A stretch of DNA of 64,000 nt from the NCBI GenBank assembly GCA_910585045.1, contig CAJUCD010000002.1, forward strand, positions 73,829-137,828. Direction: 5' to 3'. The DNA comes from an uncultured Bacilli bacterium (lineage in GTDB: Bacteria > Bacillota_I > Bacilli_A > RF39 > UBA660). Position 1 is the first letter of the stretch; every line of letters begins with the position of its first letter. A model generated the notes under the pieces. The model did not search any database and was not told where the DNA came from. It saw only the letters and a list, made by a program, of their open reading frames with translations. Shown piece after piece: positions 19,419 through 27,126 of this stretch. The translations under genes and the position numbers were made by a program.

Positions 19419-20808
19419 TTTAATTAAATTAGAATTAAAAAAGATTTTTAAGAAAAGAAGTTTTTTAATATTAACTATAATTTTTATTATGTATGCAATA
19501 CTTACAAATGTTATTTATAAAACAATCTCATTTAATGAAATGACTGAGGAAATAGATATTGCGGAATTAAAAGAAATAAATAAATCTTTAGATTTAAATA
19601 ATAGTGAGGATAAAGAAACTTATATTATTAATTTAACAAATATTGAAGTTTATGAATTAAAAAATAAAGAGAAAGATAATACAGCTAAGTTTTTGATTGA
19701 TAATTATTTATGGGATTTAATATATGCTAAGAATGAGAATTTATATGGCTTAAAAGAAGAAAATAAAGAACATGATATAAATTTAGAAATAACTAATGTT
19801 TTAAATAAAATAAATGATAATGATTGGGAGTATTTTACTAAACAAGAATTGCAAGAATTAAAAAATAAATTTGATGGAGCAGATTTAAAAAATAAAGAAA
19901 AGTTAGAAGAACTTATAAAATTAGAAGAATATCGTTTAGATAATAAACTTGGTTATGATAATGATAACTATTTATGTGAGGCAATAAATACTTTAAAAAG
20001 AGATATTGTAGAATACTATAATTTAGTTAATAAAAATAGTTTAACTAAAAATGAAGAAGAAAGACTTTTAGATCTTAAAGAAACTAGAGAGATTAATAAA
20101 TATATTTTAGATAATAAGGTTGATATTAATAATAGTAATAGTCTAAGGGCTGTATTAAAAAATTTTCCTAATGAGTTTGGATTGTTTATCTTAATATATA
20201 TTGTGATGATTAGTGGAACAATTGTTAGTGAAGAATTTAATAAAGGGACGATAAAATTTCTTTTAACTAAACCATATAAGAGAAGTAAAATTTTAACAGC
20301 CAAATTATTAACAGTTTTATTATTAATACCATTAATTATAATAATTATGAGTCTATTAGAAGTAATTGTTGGAGGTTTGATTTTAGGTTTTGATACACTT
20401 AATGTACCTATTCTTTTATATAATAATGGGTTAGATACTTTAATAGTTCGAAATATATTTGTTCATTTAGTATTTATCTTATTAGGTAATTTGCCAATTT
20501 ATGTAGTTCTTGGAATAATATGTTTTATGTTAAGTACTATTACTGTATCAAGTAGTGCTGCAATTACAATTACTTTCTTATTTTATTTAGTAAGTAATGT
20601 AATTTCTAATTTAGTTTTGATGTATAAAATTAAGTTTTTAAATTTATTTATTTCTTTACATTGGGATTTTACTTATTTAATGACTTATGAAAATAACCCT
20701 TTTGATTTTAGTGTTTTGCTTTCTTTGATTGTTATAGGTTTGTATATAAGTGTAATACTTGGTGTAACATATATTTATTTTAATAAAAAAGATGTAAAAA
20801 ATGTTTAA
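19411..20808 (+). CDS. ABC-2 type permease with a large N-terminal extracytoplasmic domain.
   Basis: TM1, then about 200 aa of charged domain, then 5 TM helices. Translationally coupled to the ATPase gene. Confidence 0.6.
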   Translation: MINLIKLELKKIFKKRSFLILTIIFIMYAILTNVIYKTISFNEMTEEIDIAELKEINKSLDLNNSEDKETYIINLTNIEVYELKNKEKDNTAKFLIDNYLWDLIYAKNENLYGLKEENKEHDINLEITNVLNKINDNDWEYFTKQELQELKNKFDGADLKNKEKLEELIKLEEYRLDNKLGYDNDNYLCEAINTLKRDIVEYYNLVNKNSLTKNEEERLLDLKETREINKYILDNKVDINNSNSLRAVLKNFPNEFGLFILIYIVMISGTIVSEEFNKGTIKFLLTKPYKRSKILTAKLLTVLLLIPLIIIIMSLLEVIVGGLILGFDTLNVPILLYNNGLDTLIVRNIFVHLVFILLGNLPIYVVLGIICFMLSTITVSSSAAITITFLFYLVSNVISNLVLMYKIKFLNLFISLHWDFTYLMTYENNPFDFSVLLSLIVIGLYISVILGVTYIYFNKKDVKNV

Positions 20809-20840
20809 AATGAGTTATAATAAATATAGGTAGTGATAGT

Positions 20841-22100
20841 ATGAAGTATAAAGTTTTTAGTTTAGAAAATATGATAGTTTTATTCTTAGGACTTGTAGTT
20901 GCAACAATAGGTTTAATATTTATGAGTAGACATTTAGAAGCAAGTTTTTATGATGATAATAATAAAATTCCTGTTAGTCAATCAAGTCCTGTGAAATATA
21001 TTGATGTTGAGAAAATAGTTAATAGTATTAAAGAGAAGAATGATACAGCAGAACTTAAATATGAAAGTAAAGAAGTAGAAGATTTTAGGAGTTTAATATA
21101 TAAAGTTACAGATATTAAAGATGTAGATAAAATTGGTAATGTAGAATATAAATGTATACTTATAAGTGCTATAACAGGGGAAGAAATAGAATTTGTTGAT
21201 TTAATAAAAAAGGATAAGATTTCAGATTTTAATAATCGAGAATTAGAGTTATTAAGACTTAAATATCCAGAATTTATTGTTGAAGCAATATTAGACAATG
21301 GTGATAACTTGGGTAAAAAAGTTTATTATGTAAAAGATAATGAAGTTATCATATCTTATGAAGGATATAAGTTATCTTATCAGTATAGTGAGCCGATATC
21401 TTTAAAAATTAATTTTAATGAAATTAAAGATTTAGTATCTTTTAGACCTTTTTTAGATTTAGATTATCAAAATGAAAATGGTTTTAGTTATACAAATAAT
21501 AAAAAGAGTATTGCTCTTACTTTTGATGATGGACCAAGTGGTAAATATAATCCTTTGATATTAGATGAACTTAATAAAAATAAGGCTCGAGCAACATTCT
21601 TTATGGTTGGAGAAATGATGAATAGTTGTCAAAAGTGTGTTTATGATACATATCGTTCTGGAAATGAAGTGGCATCACATACTTATGAGCATATGAATAT
21701 TAAAAGAGGAACAGTTCAAAAAGTTGAGGAAAGTATTAAAAAAGTTAATGATTTATATTATAGTATAACAGGGGATACTATTAAATATTTAAGGCCTCCT
21801 TATGGAGCTTATAATAAAACAAATTTAGAAAATGTTAATTTGCCATTTATTATGTGGAATATGGATACTTTAGATTGGCGATATAGAGATGTTGATCACA
21901 TTGTTAATTATATAATGGAAAATGCTCAGGATGGTTCTATTATTTTAATGCATGAGCTTTATGAGACAAGTTATGAAGCATTAAAAATAGTTTTACCAAG
22001 ACTTTATGCTGAAGGGTATCAAGTAGTTAGTATAGGGGAATTAGCTAAAATTAAAGGAAGAACTTTAGAAATTGGTAATGCTTATACTTCATTACGTTAG
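20841..22100 (+). CDS. Membrane-anchored polysaccharide deacetylase (NodB/CE4 domain).
   Basis: N-terminal TM helix. The C-terminal NodB motifs LTFDDGPS and the His-His motif. Confidence 0.8.
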   Translation: MKYKVFSLENMIVLFLGLVVATIGLIFMSRHLEASFYDDNNKIPVSQSSPVKYIDVEKIVNSIKEKNDTAELKYESKEVEDFRSLIYKVTDIKDVDKIGNVEYKCILISAITGEEIEFVDLIKKDKISDFNNRELELLRLKYPEFIVEAILDNGDNLGKKVYYVKDNEVIISYEGYKLSYQYSEPISLKINFNEIKDLVSFRPFLDLDYQNENGFSYTNNKKSIALTFDDGPSGKYNPLILDELNKNKARATFFMVGEMMNSCQKCVYDTYRSGNEVASHTYEHMNIKRGTVQKVEESIKKVNDLYYSITGDTIKYLRPPYGAYNKTNLENVNLPFIMWNMDTLDWRYRDVDHIVNYIMENAQDGSIILMHELYETSYEALKIVLPRLYAEGYQVVSIGELAKIKGRTLEIGNAYTSLR

Positions 22101-22460
22101 TTCAACATCAGGTGTATTGCCAGTTAGTTCGACATATAATGCAATAACACCACCAACTAAAAATAGAAGGGCTGATATTAGACTTAAATGTTGATTTAGA
22201 ACTTCTTTTTTTGTGGCATCACGTTTTAAAGCATTAATATCTTCATAATTTATAAATACAAAATATACATAGATGAAAAGCGCTACTACAAATATAGTTA
22301 TATTAATAGTTTTATATTTTTTTTGACTATTTTTATTGTTTGTAATTAAAAAATTTCTTTCGTAAACATCAGAAATGATAGCGGCTAGAGCAATAAAGAA
22401 ATATACTACCCATATAAAATCTTCAGTATTTAGTCTTTGTAATTTTATTCCTATACCCAT
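22092..22460 (-). CDS. Small integral membrane protein (3 TM helices), hypothetical.
   Basis: Hydrophobic helices. Convergent with the deacetylase gene. Confidence 0.4.
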   Translation of the reverse strand: MGIGIKLQRLNTEDFIWVVYFFIALAAIISDVYERNFLITNNKNSQKKYKTINITIFVVALFIYVYFVFINYEDINALKRDATKKEVLNQHLSLISALLFLVGGVIALYVELTGNTPDVELT

Positions 22461-22517
22461 ATTTAATTATATGATTAGATGTTACTTAAAAGAATAGCTT
22501 GAAAATAGAAATAAAAA

Positions 22518-23804
22518 ATGTTAGAATATAAACTAATTTTATTTAAAAAGGGGCGAATAAAATTGGAAAAAAGAGTGTTTTTAAAACGGGTAGAGGATAT
22601 TTTAAATACTAAAGATTGGTCGGGCATTGCTAAGAGTTATATTAAGGGAGCAGCTAAATTTGTCTATGAAAATTATGCACCACATGATTATTATAAAGTT
22701 TCAATTTTTAATTATTTAGAAAGATTTCTCTATATTTTAAATAATATGAAGGACTTTAAAGTTGTAGAGTTTGCAGATTTTGGTTTAGAAGTTGAATATA
22801 TGGATTATTTTAGGTCGCAAGTTAGGGTAGCAAATGGAAATGATGGTACTTTAGATATTGTAGATGGTCAATTTGTACCTGCGGTTAGAGGTCGTTATAG
22901 TTGTCCATTGTCTGGTTATGCTGACTTAAATAAAAGAAACGTTTATTTATTAAGTGAAAGTGATAAAGTTTTTCGTCATTTAAATATTGTACATGAACTT
23001 ACACATTTAGATGATGGTAAATATTCATTTCCAGTTGGTAAATTACCTTTTGGAGCAGATTTTAGAAAAATGTGTATAGAAGGTAAAGCAGTTTTTCATG
23101 AAACTTTATTTGGCACTCAAATAGAAGATGGAGCATGGTGTGATAATATTAATGATGAAAAACACCATTTACAAATATATTCTGATTCGTGTTCTTACCC
23201 TTTATATGAAATTTTGTATAAATTATTGATTTTGATTTTCGGGGTAGAGACAATTGAGAAAATGTCTAAAAATACAGATGCAGGACTTAATATGATTGAA
23301 ACTTTAAAAGCAATGTATCCAAATCTTCCAGTTTATGAAATATATGCTCACTTTGTTTATATTTTAGCTATGTTTGATGATAACTCTAAATCATTTATTA
23401 AAAATACTATTAATATTTTTAGAAAATCACAGTATAGTTTATTTTCGCAAGAACAAGCTAATTATAAAAATTATATCCGTGCTTTGAGAGAGTTACATAG
23501 AAATATTATGCAAGCTCAAGATAAAGCTTCATATAATGAATTTAAGAAAATATTTATATTTGCTTTAAAAGAAACTCAAGCATCAAAAGAGAAAATGCTA
23601 GCATTAAAGGATGAGAGTTTAACTTATGCTTTGATGGATATATGTGTTAAAAATGGTGATTTGATAGCATCTTTTGACTTTTTAATAAATGTTGCTAATA
23701 TGGTTATCTTTAGTAGCAAAACAGTTGATGAATCTATGGCTAAAGAGTTAGGTAATATAAGAAATACTTTAATTGAAGCAAGAGAATTAGGTAATATTAG
23801 ATAA
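22518..23804 (+). CDS. Hypothetical 428-aa protein with an HExxH motif (possible zinc-metallopeptidase-like fold).
   Basis: NIVHELTHLDDG, with a downstream Glu candidate in FHETLFG. No clear RBS, so the start is uncertain. Confidence 0.4.
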   Translation: MLEYKLILFKKGRIKLEKRVFLKRVEDILNTKDWSGIAKSYIKGAAKFVYENYAPHDYYKVSIFNYLERFLYILNNMKDFKVVEFADFGLEVEYMDYFRSQVRVANGNDGTLDIVDGQFVPAVRGRYSCPLSGYADLNKRNVYLLSESDKVFRHLNIVHELTHLDDGKYSFPVGKLPFGADFRKMCIEGKAVFHETLFGTQIEDGAWCDNINDEKHHLQIYSDSCSYPLYEILYKLLILIFGVETIEKMSKNTDAGLNMIETLKAMYPNLPVYEIYAHFVYILAMFDDNSKSFIKNTINIFRKSQYSLFSQEQANYKNYIRALRELHRNIMQAQDKASYNEFKKIFIFALKETQASKEKMLALKDESLTYALMDICVKNGDLIASFDFLINVANMVIFSSKTVDESMAKELGNIRNTLIEARELGNIR

Positions 23805-23852
23805 GAAGTATTAGAGAGCTTCTTTTTTTAATTTAAAAATATTTGTTTTTAT

Positions 23853-23882
23853 TGACTTTTAGCTTCGGGGGGGGGGTATAAT
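23853..23882 (+). promoter_or_regulatory. Near-consensus sigma-A promoter TTGACT-N18-TATAAT. The spacer contains a G10 homopolymer, making it a candidate phase-variable promoter.
   Basis: TTGACT at 23853-23858. G10 at 23867-23876. TATAAT at 23877-23882. Flanking inverted repeat AGCTTC / GAAGCT. Confidence 0.55.
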
Positions 23883-23918
23883 GAAGCTAGTGATTATAAC
23901 AAAAGGAGTAAGAGGTTT

Positions 23919-26042
23919 ATGGTGTTTAAGTGTAAAATGTGTGGTGGTGATATTACCCCTAAACAAGGAACAAATATAGGAATATGTAGTTATTGTAAAA
24001 GTACCATGACTTTGCCTAATTTAGAAGATGAGAAAATAGTAAATTTATATAATAGAGCTAATGATTTAAGACTAGCTAATAGGTTTGATGAAGCAAAAGA
24101 AATATATGAAAAGATTTTATTAATTAATAATGCTGAAATAGAAGCTCATTGGGGAATATTACTTTGTAGATACGGGATTGAGTATGTAGATGATCCTAAT
24201 ACTAATAAGAAAATTCCAACTTGTCATAGAACTATTGATAGTTCAATTTTGGTAGATGCAGATTTTAAATTTATAAAAAAGGAAGCTTATGGTGAAGTTT
24301 TAGAATTATATAAAAATGAAGCTAAAGTTATTGATGAAATTCAAAATGGTATATTATCTATTTCAAAAAAGGAAAAGCCTTATGATGTATTTATATGTTA
24401 TAAAGAGACTGATGAGGCAGGAGAAAGAACTAAAGATTCAGTTATAGCAGAAGATATTTATGATAAATTAGTTCTACAAGGCTTAAAAGTATTTTTTGCA
24501 AGAATTACTTTAGAAAGTAAATTAGGAATGGAATATGAACCTTATATTTATTCAGCTTTAAAGTCAGCTAAAGTAATGTTAGTGGTTGGAACAAAGGAAG
24601 AACATTTTAATGCTGTTTGGGTAAAAAATGAATGGTTAAGATTCTTAGAAATGATGAAAACCAATAAAGAAAAACATTTGATTCCTGTTTATAGTGGTAT
24701 TGATGCTTATAAATTACCAGAAGAATTTGCTATGTTACAAGCTCAAAATATGGATAAAATAGGAGCGATGCAAGATATAGTAAGAGGAATAAAAAAGATT
24801 TTAGATGAATATAAAGATGATTCAGAATATGAGGAAATAAATAAAGAAACTATTGAAAAAGTGGCGGCGGCTATAGGTGATGCCAGAAGTTTAGGAAATG
24901 GTTCTTATGAAGTAACTGTAGTAAAAGAGAGACTTCCTGTATGGTATTACTTGTTAATTAGTGCGACATTTGTTTTTGGTTTTTTCTTTTCATTAATGCT
25001 ATTAAGTAATGAAGTATTTTATCATTTGGTAACAAAAGAAAGCTATAGTGTTATCGACTTAATAAGATATGTTACTGGTAATGGGTTACTAATATTGTGG
25101 GGAATGTTTGTTTTGTTCATGATAATAAGTTTACTTTGTTTTATTATAAATCGTAAAACATTTAAGTTGAGAAAATACTTTTTAATAACAGGGCTATTAA
25201 TTTTTTTAGAGTTTAATATGTTACCTATAAAATATGGTTATATGCCATTTAGATTTCCTTTTGTTTTAAATATTAGAGATTTAGATGGAGTCTTCTTTTT
25301 CTATTTTATATTTGTAACTTTGTTTTTATTATTGTGGTTTATAAAGCCAACTTGGCAAATTAATACTAGTGGAAAAACTTTGATGAATGAAGAAGAAAAA
25401 AATAAACAATTGGCTAAAAATCAAGAAATTAAAAATAATTTTAGTAGAAAAGATGATTCTAAAGTAAATAAAAAATTTCTACTAGGGATATTTTTAACAT
25501 TAGTTGTTTTATTCTTTATTAATATTTATACATCACTAGCAGCTTGTAAAGGTACTAATAAGGATGATACTATAGATCAAGTAGAAATAATGGTAAGCAA
25601 AGAAATGACTAAGTTACCAGGCAGTAAATATTATAATGGACAGGTAAAAAAAGGGGAATTTTATAATTTAATAAATGTAGTTGTTAAAGATAATAAGATG
25701 TATCTAGGAATCAAAAATAAGGCGGGAATTTTTGGTTATATAAATAGAGCTAGTGTGAATATTAATTGTGTTTCTGATAAATGTTTGCAAATGTTTAAAC
25801 AAACAAATGATAGAAATCCAGAAGTAAAACAGCTAATAGTAACAACTGAATATATAAATATTCGTGCTAGTTCATATGCATCTAGTGTCAACTTGGGAAG
25901 GGTTTATAAAGATGAAATATATACTATTTTAGATAAAGCTGGTTATCAAGAAATTTGGTATAAAATAAAAACATCAAATGGAATAGAAGGATGGATTGCA
26001 GGCAGTTTTAATAAAGAAAAAATGGTAGATATTTTAGATTAG
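23919..26042 (+). CDS. Transmembrane TIR-domain protein. It has an N-terminal zinc ribbon, a TPR-like region, a TIR domain, 5 TM helices and C-terminal extracellular SH3b domain(s).
   Basis: CKMCGG...CSYCKS; KPYDVFICYKETD...KVFFARI...VMLVVGT...WVKNEWLRFLE (TIR pattern); the SH3b segment YINIRASS...GWIAGSF. Confidence 0.7.
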   Translation: MVFKCKMCGGDITPKQGTNIGICSYCKSTMTLPNLEDEKIVNLYNRANDLRLANRFDEAKEIYEKILLINNAEIEAHWGILLCRYGIEYVDDPNTNKKIPTCHRTIDSSILVDADFKFIKKEAYGEVLELYKNEAKVIDEIQNGILSISKKEKPYDVFICYKETDEAGERTKDSVIAEDIYDKLVLQGLKVFFARITLESKLGMEYEPYIYSALKSAKVMLVVGTKEEHFNAVWVKNEWLRFLEMMKTNKEKHLIPVYSGIDAYKLPEEFAMLQAQNMDKIGAMQDIVRGIKKILDEYKDDSEYEEINKETIEKVAAAIGDARSLGNGSYEVTVVKERLPVWYYLLISATFVFGFFFSLMLLSNEVFYHLVTKESYSVIDLIRYVTGNGLLILWGMFVLFMIISLLCFIINRKTFKLRKYFLITGLLIFLEFNMLPIKYGYMPFRFPFVLNIRDLDGVFFFYFIFVTLFLLLWFIKPTWQINTSGKTLMNEEEKNKQLAKNQEIKNNFSRKDDSKVNKKFLLGIFLTLVVLFFINIYTSLAACKGTNKDDTIDQVEIMVSKEMTKLPGSKYYNGQVKKGEFYNLINVVVKDNKMYLGIKNKAGIFGYINRASVNINCVSDKCLQMFKQTNDRNPEVKQLIVTTEYINIRASSYASSVNLGRVYKDEIYTILDKAGYQEIWYKIKTSNGIEGWIAGSFNKEKMVDILD

Positions 26043-26058
26043 AAAAAGAGGTAGAAAA

Positions 26059-27126
26059 ATGGCATTATTTGAAGTAATAAAAAAAGCAAAAGATGATAAA
26101 AATATTGTTTGGCGATATCCGAAACAGAATTTTAATACAGGATCAAAGTTAATTGTTAATGAGTCAGAAGAAGCGCTGTTCTTTTCTTGTGGTGAAGCCT
26201 TAGATTTATTTGGGCCTGGTAGATATACATTAAATACTAATAATATTCCTTTATTAAGAAGATTATTAGATATTCCAACAGGTGGAAAAACTTCTTTTAC
26301 AAGTGAAGTGTATTTTATTGATAAAACTGTTAGGCAAACAAAATGGGGAACATCATCAAAATTAGAGTTTTTGGAACCAATCTATAAATTTCCTATACAA
26401 ATTGGAGCATGTGGAGAAATACGTTTTGAAATTGAAGATTCTCGAAAATTGTTAGTAAAGCTAGTAGGCATTAAACGAAATTTTGATATTAATAATATAG
26501 ATGATTTTTTTGCTAATCAAATACTTGTGAAGGTTAAAGCTTATTTGACGGGAATAATTAAAGAAGAAAAAATAAGTATTTTTGAGATTGATGAAAAATT
26601 AGATAAAATAAGTAGAGAATTAAAAGAATTATTAAAAAATGATTTTCAAGAATTTGGCATTAAAATAGATAATTTCTTTTTAAGTAATATTGCAAAGCCT
26701 GAAGATGATAAACAATATCTAAAATTTAAAGAGTTATACTTTAAAAAAGGAGTTTTAATTGCAGATGTACAATTAGATAAAGAAATATCAGATATTGAAG
26801 CAGAAAAAGAGGCTAGTAGAATAGGAATTACGGCAAAAGGTATAGCTACAAAAAGAAAAACAGAAGGTTATTCTTATCAAGAGGAAAAAAGCTTGGAGAT
26901 TGGTAAGGAAGTGGCTAGAAATGAAGCAATGGGACAATTTACTAATATTGGAGTTGGTCTGGGTGTAATGAGTGGTACTTCAAATGTTTTAGGAAGTGAA
27001 GTTACAAAACAGGTTCAAGGAGCTTTTATGAATTTGAATGAAAAATTTTGTTCTTATTGTGGACAGAAACTTAATAATGAAGCACTATTTTGTTTTAAGT
27101 GTGGAAAGAAGGTAAGTGATGAGTAA
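26059..27126 (+). CDS. SPFH/band-7 domain protein with a C-terminal zinc ribbon (COG4260, virion-core-protein-like family; same family as B. subtilis YdjI).
   Basis: The N-terminus MALFEVIKKAKD...IVWRYP...FGPGRYTLNTNNIPLL is typical of COG4260. C-terminal zinc ribbon CSYCGQKL...CFKCGKK. Confidence 0.65.
   Translation: MALFEVIKKAKDDKNIVWRYPKQNFNTGSKLIVNESEEALFFSCGEALDLFGPGRYTLNTNNIPLLRRLLDIPTGGKTSFTSEVYFIDKTVRQTKWGTSSKLEFLEPIYKFPIQIGACGEIRFEIEDSRKLLVKLVGIKRNFDINNIDDFFANQILVKVKAYLTGIIKEEKISIFEIDEKLDKISRELKELLKNDFQEFGIKIDNFFLSNIAKPEDDKQYLKFKELYFKKGVLIADVQLDKEISDIEAEKEASRIGITAKGIATKRKTEGYSYQEEKSLEIGKEVARNEAMGQFTNIGVGLGVMSGTSNVLGSEVTKQVQGAFMNLNEKFCSYCGQKLNNEALFCFKCGKKVSDE

Noticed and set aside
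20016-21298. The minus-strand ORFs at 20016..20303 and 20978..21298.
   Set aside because: They are antisense to the ABC permease and the deacetylase, with no translation signals.
23860-23890. Could the G10 run simply be an assembly or sequencing artefact?
   Set aside because: This is not rejected as a concern and it is listed under would_refute. I kept the finding because the tract sits exactly within an otherwise near-consensus promoter spacer, which is the biologically meaningful position for such tracts.
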